Part shown: positions 31,655-40,800 of the stretch, in pieces
Position numbering within the stretch: the stretch's first letter is position 1
How the letters are laid out: every line of letters starts with the position of its first letter
Assembly (NCBI GenBank): GCA_000002435.2
Contig: CM018791.1
Strand: one strand, 5' to 3'
Origin: Giardia intestinalis
Lineage: Eukaryota
Length of the DNA stretch: 64,000 bases
Program-made: the position numbers and the translations under genes
The notes under the pieces: model-generated
Seen by the model: only the letters and a program-made list of their open reading frames with translations
Databases searched by the model: none
Told to the model about the DNA's origin: nothing

Positions 31655-31655
31655 T
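30775..31655. other. High-GC compositional island (~0.88 kb, roughly 75-80% GC) set in ~47% GC flanks.
   Basis: Visible directly in the sequence: runs such as gcggggcgccccgaaggaggcggcctcgcgggcggcggcgggg. All six frames are open across the island because the stop codons are AT-rich. It is bounded on one side by the ATG at 31654 and the tRNA, and on the other by an abrupt return to AT-rich sequence at ~30775. Confidence 0.85.
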
Positions 31656-31664
31656 TTGGGCGGC

Positions 31665-31669
31665 AAAAA
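31665..31669 (-). terminator. RNA polymerase III oligo-T terminator for tRNA-Thr.
   Basis: The 3' trailer is C-TTTTT-G directly after the discriminator base. It lies 11-15 nt upstream of the ATG of the next gene. Confidence 0.55.
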
Positions 31670-31670
31670 G

Positions 31671-31744
31671 AGCCGAATACGGTGCTCGAAACCGTGACCT
31701 CGACATTACTAGTGTCGCGCTCTAGCCAACTGAGCTAATTCGGC
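31671..31744 (-). tRNA. tRNA-Thr: tRNA-Thr (anticodon AGU; A34 is presumably converted to inosine), 74 nt.
   Basis: The reverse complement reads GCCGAAT-TA-GCTC-AGTTGGCTA-GAGC-G-CGACA-CTAGTAA-TGTCG-AGGTC-ACGGT-TTCGAGC-ACCGT-ATTCGGC-T. This gives a 7-bp acceptor stem, a 4-bp D stem with GG in the loop, a 5-bp anticodon stem with U33 and A37, a 5-nt variable loop, and a 5-bp T stem with a TTCGAGC loop. A T5 run immediately follows the 3' end. Confidence 0.9.
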
Positions 31745-31805
31745 ACGGGCACCCCCCAACGCCTGAAATGGCTATTGTCTTTTTCCTGAGGGGACCGCAG
31801 TTTAC

Positions 31806-32870
31806 TCAGAGCTCCTTGTCCCCATCGGGGCGAACCACCCGGCCGTCCTTCCCGAGCGGGACGCCTGTGAGCTGCCGCGTCTTGTGCTTCTTGAGGAACT
31901 CGATGATAGAGCCCACCGGGTCCTCTCCAAAGTCTGCCTGGAAGACCTGCTTCTTAGGGCTGGCGTTATCATAGATGACAATCTTAGGGCCAGCAGAGGA
32001 GTCCACGTCGATACCCTCGAAGAACTGCTTCCACGACCCAGTATCCGAGAATGTAAGCGTATAACGCATTTCGATGAAGGAAGTCTCGTCCTTCGGGTTG
32101 AGGATAATCTCTCTCGCAAACTTGGAAAGGGTCTTGAGGAGCTTGTTGTCCCGCTCCGTATCTAGTGCAAAGATTACAGTTGGCCTGCCACGCTCGTGGA
32201 TCAAGGCCGCTGCATTGTCCTGTCCCAGTAAGGGAAGAAAGGCGTACCGATGCGAGGCAACGAACTTCTTGATATAATTGACGTTACTGTTCTCCGTCCC
32301 CTTGTAGACGATGTGTTCTCCTTCGCGAACAGCAGTCAGCTTCCATTCTTTTGCCTTGAGGAAACCAAAGAAGTGTTCACCCTTGAAATCTGTGAAGTAC
32401 GACTCGTAGATCTCCTTATACTCAGGGGCTTCGAGCAGGAAGTAATTGAGAGCACGGACCTTCCGAGACTTCTCAGCGCAATCTTCAACACTGTCACACT
32501 TTGTAAGAGTTGGCTCGAGCATGGAGTCGGCCCACTTCATCATCTCGTCCTTCTCGCGTGCCTTTTCATACTTAAAGACAGCGCCGCTGCTCTGCAGGAG
32601 CTTGATGGTCGGGTAGCCGTTAACACCGTACTTCCCGCAAATGCTACTGTGGGCTGTGCAGTCAACTTCGGCCACAGGCATTGTCGTGTATTCGTTGGAC
32701 ATCTCCTCCCAGGTGGGAGCCAGCTTCTTGCAGTGTCCGCACCACGGAGCGTAGAACTTTACAAAGAGGTTCTTGTGCTTCTCGAGCTCACTATCGAAGT
32801 TGTCCTGCGTGAGAACGAGCACCTCCGCGACAGACACTGCGAGGAGAAGAGCGAAGATGGGGGGAATCAT
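31806..32870 (-). CDS. Protein disulfide isomerase (single thioredoxin-domain Giardia-type PDI, 354 aa).
   Basis: Signal peptide MIPPIFALLLAVSVAEV. Thioredoxin active site FYAPWCGHCKKLAP. C-terminal GDKEL ER-retrieval-like tail. The stop is embedded in TGAGTAAAC, so the poly(A) signal overlaps the stop. AT-rich initiator. Confidence 0.9.
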   Translation of the reverse strand: MIPPIFALLLAVSVAEVLVLTQDNFDSELEKHKNLFVKFYAPWCGHCKKLAPTWEEMSNEYTTMPVAEVDCTAHSSICGKYGVNGYPTIKLLQSSGAVFKYEKAREKDEMMKWADSMLEPTLTKCDSVEDCAEKSRKVRALNYFLLEAPEYKEIYESYFTDFKGEHFFGFLKAKEWKLTAVREGEHIVYKGTENSNVNYIKKFVASHRYAFLPLLGQDNAAALIHERGRPTVIFALDTERDNKLLKTLSKFAREIILNPKDETSFIEMRYTLTFSDTGSWKQFFEGIDVDSSAGPKIVIYDNASPKKQVFQADFGEDPVGSIIEFLKKHKTRQLTGVPLGKDGRVVRPDGDKEL

Positions 32871-32906
32871 ACCACAAGTTTTAAATTGACGCTTCTTTTT
32901 TTGATC
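32871..32906. promoter_or_regulatory. 36-bp AT-rich divergent promoter/initiator region shared by the PDI gene (minus) and the pseudouridine synthase gene (plus).
   Basis: accacaagttttaaattgacgcttctttttttgatc lies between the two divergent ATGs. Its composition matches the short Giardia core promoters. Confidence 0.5.
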
Positions 32907-34310
32907 ATGTCAAATGACGGTATACCTGGCTTCGGAAATGGCCTATCTATCACAAAATGTGGCGTAGGCAGTGCAGACGCGTGCGAGGAGCCGGCGCCCA
33001 AGCAATTTCGTCCTAAGCTGGTTCATATCGCTGTGGCCCTAGGGTATGTCGGAACGCGCTACAGTGGCTCCCAATGGCAGGCACCGTCGGCGACACATCC
33101 AGATATTCGCACTGTTGAGGGGGAGATCTACGCTGCGATAGAAGCCGCAGGGATTCTGTACGGACGGGACATCAAATCCATTGGATGGACTCGGTGCTCA
33201 CGCACAGACAGGTCTGTTTCAGCTGCAATGGCGGTGTTTTCGTTCTTTGGTCCTGGGCACCTTGACCTTGTCCAAGCTCTCCAGCCCCATCTCCCCAAGG
33301 ATATTTCTATCTTTGGTACCGTCCGGGTTCCACCCAAGTTTAGCGCCAAAATGGCGTGCACAAGTAGGACCTATGAGTATATGATGCCCCTTGTGTTCCT
33401 CTTACCCAGCTCTCAGGAAGAAGCCTCTGAACCATGTCAAGACGTGCAGGCATTCTTTTCGTACTTGGACAGCCCATACTCTGCCGAGAGCACTGAAACC
33501 GTTAGGGAAGCGTGTTCGCGGTTATATACTGCACAGCGTCATGATATCCTCGACTTCTTGCGATTGGATGACGAGCTGCAGAAGATACGGACTCAGGTTC
33601 GCATCCGTGCTTCACACGATTCACCTGCAGTAATATTTGACACAATGCTTCAGCCCTTCTTGCAGCAGCTAGTAACAACTGCTTTTCTAGCCAAAATACG
33701 AGCGTACCACAACTTTACAGAAGACAATGTGCAGCCGTCTGCCAGCAGCAGAAAGATCCTGTCTTGCTCAGTGTCTCTCTCCGCCGCCTTTGACTCTCAG
33801 ACTGACGCCATAAAGGACAAACCAGCCGCAGAACTGTATACGAAGGTAACCATCTGCGGCCAAGCATTTCTCATGTACCAGATCAGAAGAATGATGGGAG
33901 CTCTTGTGGCTGTTCTTAGGGGATGGATTCCCGCATCCTTCTTATATTTTGCTTTCCAAACGCGCACCAAGCACTTGCGTATATCGACGGCACCTGGTTC
34001 CTATCTTCTACTCAAGCAACCCAACTATGAGCACCTTCTATCGAAGAAGGACTTCACTCAGCATGGTGTGTTTGTCTCTGAAGACGAAAGAATCAAGGAC
34101 TTGGCCGAACGCTTTAAGGTAGAGAACATTTACCCTGAAATAGTGCGACTTCACAAGGACATAATTGCAGAAGGCCGAGTTCAAGCTATTCTTGATGAGA
34201 TGGAACACGAGCTTTGTAAGCATGGAAATGGCTGGGCACAATCCAAGACCCTCTTTTGCGATGACATCCGAACACAGGCAGACATTGTCAGTAGGACGAT
34301 TACAATCTAA
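32907..34310 (+). CDS. tRNA pseudouridine synthase, TruA/Pus1 family (467 aa).
   Basis: VALGYVGTRYSGSQWQ matches the TruA YDG(T/S)xYxGxQxQ motif. GWTRCSRTDRSVSA matches the catalytic RTDxGVHA motif. The track ORF starts at 32250 and would run antisense through the PDI gene. The first sensible ATG is at 32907 (ttttttgatcATG). Confidence 0.8.
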   Translation: MSNDGIPGFGNGLSITKCGVGSADACEEPAPKQFRPKLVHIAVALGYVGTRYSGSQWQAPSATHPDIRTVEGEIYAAIEAAGILYGRDIKSIGWTRCSRTDRSVSAAMAVFSFFGPGHLDLVQALQPHLPKDISIFGTVRVPPKFSAKMACTSRTYEYMMPLVFLLPSSQEEASEPCQDVQAFFSYLDSPYSAESTETVREACSRLYTAQRHDILDFLRLDDELQKIRTQVRIRASHDSPAVIFDTMLQPFLQQLVTTAFLAKIRAYHNFTEDNVQPSASSRKILSCSVSLSAAFDSQTDAIKDKPAAELYTKVTICGQAFLMYQIRRMMGALVAVLRGWIPASFLYFAFQTRTKHLRISTAPGSYLLLKQPNYEHLLSKKDFTQHGVFVSEDERIKDLAERFKVENIYPEIVRLHKDIIAEGRVQAILDEMEHELCKHGNGWAQSKTLFCDDIRTQADIVSRTITI

Positions 34311-34313
34311 AGA

Positions 34314-34320
34314 AGTAAAA
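34314..34320 (+). promoter_or_regulatory. Poly(A) signal AGTAAAA inside the 17-bp spacer between the Pus stop and the next ATG.
   Basis: The sequence is taaagaAGTAAAAaattaccATG. The TAA at 34308-34310 ends Pus, and the ATG at 34328 starts the next gene. Confidence 0.5.
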
Positions 34321-34327
34321 AATTACC

Positions 34328-36325
34328 ATGGTATGGAATAAGCCAGAGCTTCTACAGGAGATCCTCGAGCTTATCCCTCGCGCACGGTACCTCACAATAG
34401 ACTCAGAGTTCTTCTGTGGCCAGGAAATGGCTATGCCCAGCTTTCTTACTCCCGAAGCTTTTTATGAAAGATATCGGGAGCACCATCGGAATCAGTACAT
34501 TGCCCAGCTTGGCATTACTATCGCCATTCCAGATCCATCTATTTCGGCATCCGACTCCATCAATACTCAAATTTATTCTCCAAACAAAGCTTGTGAGAGG
34601 CTTGGACTTCCTCACCTCTTTGACTCTTCCTTCAGGCGTTTCTCGCTGAACACCCGGGTCTCAGAAGTCACTAAATTCTCGGTCGAAACCCTTACTTTTT
34701 TGAAGTCGAACGGCTTCAGCCTCGATAATTGGCTCGATACAGCAGTGGATCTAACCACACACCCCAGGGCTGTGATTGATCAATGCGCACAATTCTGGAC
34801 ACGCATCTTTGCAGCGATAGATTCTGTTCACGGGCCAAAGGGCTTCGGGACCGCTGGAGCAATAGCTCCTGAAGTCTTTCAAGCATTAAATCCAAATGGA
34901 AATCCAAATGGGAGCCAACCGGACAAGAAGGCGTCAAGTGGGATAGCCAAGAAATGCTTACAGGATGCGTGTGGGCTAAGCACTAATTTCCTTGCTCCTG
35001 TGGCACACGCGACAGGGTTTGCTGAGGGCTCTATCCCGCAGGTTTTCTTCACATATACAGCAGGTTGTCTCTATGAAACAGCTGTCTCTATAGATTATAG
35101 CACCCTCTTTGACTATCTTGGCTTTTTCTTGTCTGAGTTCCAGCGTGAGAACGCCAGCTTCAATTCAGATAAGAAACTTGAGTACTACATCACCATCACT
35201 CCTGATAATGGATATCCCTATGCGGTAGTCGCAAACTACGTTGATCTGTTGCGAGAAGATATCGACTCTCTGACTGGAGACTGCTCTCTAGATCTAGAGG
35301 CTAAAGTGCATGCATCTGCTCACTACTACCACCGTAGTAACAAGAGCAATCCAAAAATACTCTTATCCATACGTATTTGGCGCACCCGGGAAGAGGCTCA
35401 GCTTCATACGCACCAAGTGATCCAAAAGATGAAGACTGAGCTCTATGGTCTGCGGGCATTTACTGATGCTGTCTGCAAACATAACGTGCCTCTTGTGCTC
35501 TTTTCTGGCTGCACTGACATTTACTTGACACTGGCGTCTGTCTATGGAGAGCACTATCTTTCTACCTATGCTCAGTTTCTCACCTTAGTTTCCAACACCT
35601 TCCCGCGCTGTTTTGACCTGAAGATCTTTGTAGACTTGCCTCCCATTATCAATCACCTCAAGACCAATCTCTCCTTAGGCTCTCGTTCCTTGTCACAGAT
35701 CTTCAAGATAACATCGTATGGTCTCCAGTCAGCACAGTCAGATGCAGATGATAATAACATGGTGCACGACGCGGGCTACGACAGCTTGATGACAGCTCTT
35801 TCATTTGAATGGGTTCTTGGCCACTTCCTCGCCATAACCGGAACAATCTCCCTCGATGATCACAAGCGTTTGCTCTACAAGGTCTCTTCTATCAAGGTCA
35901 ACAAAGATCTACCCACAACTGATCTTCCATTATTTTTCAATTACTGCTGGGATAAGTTCTACATCCACCAGAGCGCGTTTCCATATTCATTAAAAGATCA
36001 CACTTCTCCAGTTAGTAGTGTTGACACCCATCAGCCAACTCTCACCCAGTATGTCCTCTATCCCGTCAAAGACCTTAGCGTTGTGGTAAAAGCGCTCTAT
36101 CCCCTCTCATCTCACCTCAAAAAAATGTACCCCGACCGTCCTTGTCACTATTATATTGAAAGAGGCAGAGATCATGGCCGTGTGTACATTCCCACAACAC
36201 ACCCCGGTGCTGCCACAATCCTTAATGAGGTCATCAATGCAGAGAGTTCTGGAAGTCAATATTCTTATGTAGACACAAGTATCGCTGAGCTACACACGCT
36301 TCAATATGCTCAGAAGAGCTTCTGA
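34328..36325 (+). CDS. PARN/CAF1-family DEDDh 3'-5' exoribonuclease (poly(A)-specific ribonuclease-like, 665 aa).
   Basis: N-terminal RYLTIDSEFFCGQ matches the PARN (F/I)AIDGEFSG exonuclease motif I. MVHDAGYDSLMTALSF matches the H-x-AGYD-(A/S) motif III. Length is similar to PARN (about 640 aa). Confidence 0.75.
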   Translation: MVWNKPELLQEILELIPRARYLTIDSEFFCGQEMAMPSFLTPEAFYERYREHHRNQYIAQLGITIAIPDPSISASDSINTQIYSPNKACERLGLPHLFDSSFRRFSLNTRVSEVTKFSVETLTFLKSNGFSLDNWLDTAVDLTTHPRAVIDQCAQFWTRIFAAIDSVHGPKGFGTAGAIAPEVFQALNPNGNPNGSQPDKKASSGIAKKCLQDACGLSTNFLAPVAHATGFAEGSIPQVFFTYTAGCLYETAVSIDYSTLFDYLGFFLSEFQRENASFNSDKKLEYYITITPDNGYPYAVVANYVDLLREDIDSLTGDCSLDLEAKVHASAHYYHRSNKSNPKILLSIRIWRTREEAQLHTHQVIQKMKTELYGLRAFTDAVCKHNVPLVLFSGCTDIYLTLASVYGEHYLSTYAQFLTLVSNTFPRCFDLKIFVDLPPIINHLKTNLSLGSRSLSQIFKITSYGLQSAQSDADDNNMVHDAGYDSLMTALSFEWVLGHFLAITGTISLDDHKRLLYKVSSIKVNKDLPTTDLPLFFNYCWDKFYIHQSAFPYSLKDHTSPVSSVDTHQPTLTQYVLYPVKDLSVVVKALYPLSSHLKKMYPDRPCHYYIERGRDHGRVYIPTTHPGAATILNEVINAESSGSQYSYVDTSIAELHTLQYAQKSF

Positions 36326-36351
36326 ACAGCATTACAGGGCCAGTTCACAGA

Positions 36352-37290
36352 TCAATGTTCACGAAGCTCCACAGTAGATCCTGGCTTGAGTGCCTCCGCA
36401 CCCGCTATAAGGATTGCGTCACACATCTCACGGCCGAGGAACACTTCTCCCTGATATGTTACTATGATATTAGGACTAAGACCAAGGAAGACATTCCTTC
36501 CGAGTGTATTTCTAGAGCTTCTAGAGTTAGCAGCAGACAACCTTTGGGACATATTTGCCGATGTGGTAGTCATCGAAAGGAGGGTCTGTGCAAAAGCCTC
36601 TCTCATAAACCTGTTGCATGTGACCTTATTAGATCCATGAAAGGTCTTTGGTAGGCAGCAAATGATGTTGTTAGTCTGTGAATTATCCTCTTTTCTCTTT
36701 CTATGACTGAGGGCAGAGATATCATTGATGAGAATCAAGGCGTCTCCGCAGTTATCTGTTCGGCGATGGGGTCTCTGCAAAGCCACTTGTGAGAACTCTG
36801 TGTGCTTGGTAATGTACGCCTCATATGCAGTTATCGACCGGAAGACCTTAGCATTAGGATACCGGAGTTTATAGAATTGGGTGTCGTCCCGGGAAGATGT
36901 GCTAATGATTATGGAAACAGCATCCTCGTAGTTAGACACCGATGTTATGTCTTCAAAGAAGCGCATTTGACTCTCCTCCAGTGCCAAAGGATTCGCAATC
37001 AAAAGTGTTCCGCTCACCGGAGACAGGAAGACAATCATGGGCCTATCCAGGTAGACGAGATATATGTTATCAGTGATCTTTTTAATTACTGCGCTGGTGC
37101 ACTTTAACGATACGTGCGAGCGTGAAAGCCCAAGCAACTTCTTGTTGTATCGTCTACGAGCTGTTAAGTGCGATACAATGAATAAAAGCAATAGAATGCT
37201 GCCTATGACCGCCAAACTTACATAATTACGCCTCGCATACTCCTGTAATTCAGTTGCCAAGCTTTTGCCGGCAAATGGCCAACTTTGCAT
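36352..37290 (-). CDS. Hypothetical type II membrane protein (312 aa).
   Basis: The track start at 37383 is a TTG. The first ATG is at 37290, in the context ttttctattaaaATG. The N-terminal signal-anchor helix is YVSLAVIGSILLLLFIVSHL, followed by a basic stretch. The rest is globular with no recognisable motif. Confidence 0.55.
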   Translation of the reverse strand: MQSWPFAGKSLATELQEYARRNYVSLAVIGSILLLLFIVSHLTARRRYNKKLLGLSRSHVSLKCTSAVIKKITDNIYLVYLDRPMIVFLSPVSGTLLIANPLALEESQMRFFEDITSVSNYEDAVSIIISTSSRDDTQFYKLRYPNAKVFRSITAYEAYITKHTEFSQVALQRPHRRTDNCGDALILINDISALSHRKRKEDNSQTNNIICCLPKTFHGSNKVTCNRFMREAFAQTLLSMTTTSANMSQRLSAANSRSSRNTLGRNVFLGLSPNIIVTYQGEVFLGREMCDAILIAGAEALKPGSTVELREH

Positions 37291-37301
37291 TTTAATAGAA
37301 A

Positions 37302-37838
37302 ATGCCTCCAGCCTCCACAAAGAAGCCAGCCGCGAAGAAGGAAGAACAGAGAGTCGAGGGGCATGGAAAGTTCTGGTTTCCAAATGGTGACATTTATATA
37401 GGGGATTATTACGAGGAAGGACCCATCAGAAAACGCCACGGAAAGGGTCGGTACACTATGCATTGCCAAGAGGACATGGAAGACCCAGAGGTTCCCGAAG
37501 AGATTCGCTCCCAGGACATCCCTGCGCGGCTCCCACAGGACATAGTTGCTCTGGACGGGACGTGGGATGCAGATGCGTTTATTGAAGGAACGGTGCGCTT
37601 TGCCAGTGGCGCATTCTACACTGGAAAGATAGATAGAGAAGGATTTTATGTCAGCGGTGGCCGGTATACTTGGCCGGATGGGAGCTGGTATGAGGGAGAC
37701 ATCTCCCGCAACATACTCCATGGCCACGGGAAGTACTATTCTTCTCACACAGATACAGTGACAGAGGGTGCCTTCCGGAATAATCACGGACCAGGCCTTG
37801 ATGAGCGCTATGCAAGCCTCAATCCATGCCAACCTTAA
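37302..37838 (+). CDS. MORN-repeat protein (178 aa).
   Basis: Repeated YxGxxxxGxxHGxG motifs: GHGKFWFPNGDIYIGDY, RHGKGRYT, YTGKIDREGFYVSGGRYTWPDGSWYEGD, HGHGKYY. Initiator is taatagaaaATG. Confidence 0.8.
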   Translation: MPPASTKKPAAKKEEQRVEGHGKFWFPNGDIYIGDYYEEGPIRKRHGKGRYTMHCQEDMEDPEVPEEIRSQDIPARLPQDIVALDGTWDADAFIEGTVRFASGAFYTGKIDREGFYVSGGRYTWPDGSWYEGDISRNILHGHGKYYSSHTDTVTEGAFRNNHGPGLDERYASLNPCQP

Positions 37839-37887
37839 ATGTAAAAGTGAATAACGAAAAAGCTTGCCAGCTAAGGCCGACTACGCG

Positions 37888-40800
37888 ATGATAGAGGGAA
37901 TTATCGCCTATTTGCAAGGCCTTGTCGACACAGACGAAGACAAGGCGTATCTTGTGAATTACTTTTCGGCCAACGAGTTCCAGTCTCTACTTTCTGGAGC
38001 GACGACCCATACTGTAATAAAACTCACTAATTTCCCGGGAATCGATTTATTTCTACAGAACATCAAGGGCTACCAGTTGTTGTTGTCCTCTTATAAAGGC
38101 GACGCCCGCTATCTACTACTTTTGTTCCATAGCGGCAAGGTCACACACTTTTCCGAGTTCACTCTTTCAACGGTTCACCTACTATTGGATCAGCTCCCTC
38201 TGTCTACGTTTCAATATCTAGACACTATTGCGAGAATCCGATTTCTGCAACAACTGGCTTCCTCATATAACGTAGCATTGAACATTTTCCCCAGCTATCT
38301 TACGCCCCTGTTTATTGAGACTTTTCATAGCACTGTGCTCCTCTTTCTGCGTTACTATCCTTGCGATCCTAAATCTATTTCGGGAAAGGCAGAGGCATTG
38401 CAGGACATCGGTATTAGCCAGCTTACAGTCGAGGGACTGGAGCAAAGCATGGCAGACATTCGTAACCTTGTTGCCGGTACAAGTGAGGCAAAGGCGTCTT
38501 CTCCAGAACCTTTGCAAGTTTCTCTTGGAACGCACCGCGAAGTAGTTCTACTTCTTAGTGTGTACCTTTCTACTGCTCTGGCGTCTTTTCATGCTCTGGC
38601 TTCGGAGATTGCCTACACTTTCTCAACCTATTCACATCTGCCAACGCTTACAGACACACTGTTGTACCTGCACCAGATGATGTCTCGAGTTGCATATGCA
38701 CTGAGCTTCTTAGAGTCCCCTCTCGTTTTAGAACTGCTTCAGTTTGTTCAGTCAGCTCTGGAGGGCGCCAGATTATCTAATCCAAAGCAGCGATCCAAGA
38801 CTCTGACAGATCTCGTCACTGCAGAAAACAATATTATTCTCCATCTGCAGTCGCTGAAGACCGATTTCATCTCCGTCAAGGCCTTACTTCATAGAAACAT
38901 GCGTCTTTTGGATGCTATCGTTCCCTTCATTTCATCTATTCACGACATTCTTTGCCCATTCACTGTACAATTGTCGTGTGAATTGCACATGATATGGCCT
39001 AAGAGAGATACGGTGGTGTCCACAACTTACTTTTACGAACTGCTGCATCAGTTGTTAAATCTTGATTATAAAACCATTCTCCACACAACAGAGACAATGT
39101 ACACTATCGCCAATTCTCTTGATCTTCGTCGGGTGGATGGGAACCCTCTGATTCATGATACTGTCGAGGGTGTGCAGAAAAGACGACCTCACGATCTATC
39201 CCTCTCACCACAGTTTTGTCTTTCCATCATAAAACTATTCGCAAATGACATGGACCTTTGTCTCACAAATCTAATTCTTCTCTTTTGCAATGAGATAATA
39301 GACGGTTCATCCTCAAAAGACGACATGAATACACTTGTATCTGCCCTGTCTTCTCTGGCGTCGTTGACACCAAGTAATGGTCATCGTTTTAGCGCCAGTA
39401 CAACTCTTGACACAGATCTAGATCTTGGCGACCAGTCGAAAGAGCCTGCTGAATCTTCTTCAGGCGTATCTAGAACGGTCGAGGTTCTACAACTCGTACT
39501 TGCTATCACTAAAATTGAGCATAACTCCATGAGAAACTTTGTGTTTATGACAGCTGAACCAGATTTGTTCCAATCCTATATGCAGCCTCCTTTGTCCAAC
39601 AATGGTTCCCATCACGACGGCCCAGACAGTACAGATAGCACAGACAGTATACTTTATGGTCTGCAGATGTCCCACGTGTCCCTTCCCAACCAGTCCTTTT
39701 CGGCATCTGGGTCTGCGTCCACAGAGGCTGTGTTGGGTCATTCACAGAGCCCTCTTTACAGCACCTTAGCAGGACAACTAGCGCCTCAAGGGGCAGACGC
39801 TCTTCATAGATCTGACTGCTTGGCAGCGTGCCGAGCCAAAGAGCCACAGCAACTCACTGCGGATGAGATATTCGATATGAAGGTGGCTGACATACTAGAG
39901 GCACCTATTTACAGGCTGTGCATAACAGAGTTTGCGCCTCGATCTATCGCCTCTCTTTATTTTCTCATTCGGATTGCTCATGCAGCGTACTTCTCTTATT
40001 CGCGGCTCCAGCTCATTTTTGTGCAGCTCTATAGACCTGCTTCTGGTCACAAGGAGACTACTTTTATGCAGGCAGTTCAGCCAGGGTCTTTGCACCTTGA
40101 AGTTACATCCACAGCAGCGTACAAGGCAAACAGCGCGGTTGCGGCAGATATTTGTCTCTATACCATTGCTCTGCGCAACATAGTAGAGGCATCTGGGCCG
40201 ATTGAAATCATTAAGCTGGCTCTCCTTAACTATCATGAGTTCGAAGCCCTTCACCCAAAGGAAGGCAGGCTGTTTCAAACTATTATGAACAGCGATACCT
40301 CTTTCATTCATACTGTTATTTCGTACATCGTACAAAAGTATCTGGTTGACACATCACCAACAGTGGGCCTCTGTGCCTTGTTTGTTGACTCACAAGCCCA
40401 GCAGTTACAATTCTGCAAGGAGATGGAGCTGGCCCGTAGCAAGGTTCTTTCTCTCGACTCATCTTTATGCAGAGAAAAGCCCCTTCAGAGAATCCCAAGT
40501 TCATGTCTCGACAAGTCAGTAGAAGTTCCTAATGGCACTCACTTTGCGCTACTCATGGAACAGATTCTAGAAATGTGCCGTGCACAGCTTATAGAGACCT
40601 TTAAAATCAATTATACCCTTCGTCTGCAGCTGAGCGCGACATCTGCACTCTCTTTTGTGAAGAAAGTCTCGTCATACATTATGTTTATGTTCAAGGGACG
40701 AGCAAGAGAGCTGATTCAATCTTTTTATGACGGAGTGATCAAAGTTGCAGCCGAGACTATTCGGCAGACAGAGGCTTACTTCCATACAGTTTTATGTAAG

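Noticed and set aside
30775-31655. The GC-rich island as a fragment of GC-rich Giardia rDNA.
   Set aside because: It has no resemblance to conserved SSU/LSU rRNA sequence blocks. The island shows strong three-base periodicity, with GC3 near 100% in one frame. That fits protein-coding DNA, not rRNA.
30613-31738. Four additional long ORFs inside the GC-rich island: 30756-31706 (-, 316 aa), 30668-31738 (+, 356 aa), 30613-31371 (-, 252 aa) and 30996-31697 (+, 233 aa).
   Set aside because: With about 78% GC, stop codons are nearly absent in all six frames. These translations are Arg/Pro/Gly or Glu/Gly/Arg low-complexity junk with no codon-position periodicity. Only the 29342-31654 minus frame shows GC3-saturated, protein-like coding and continues into a real TM protein. 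The 356-aa plus-strand ORF would also run straight through the tRNA.
32250-32906. N-terminal 219 codons of the 686-aa plus-strand ORF at 32250-34310.
   Set aside because: This portion is antisense to the well-supported PDI gene and has no homology. The TruA-family homology begins after the ATG at 32907, which also has a proper initiator context.
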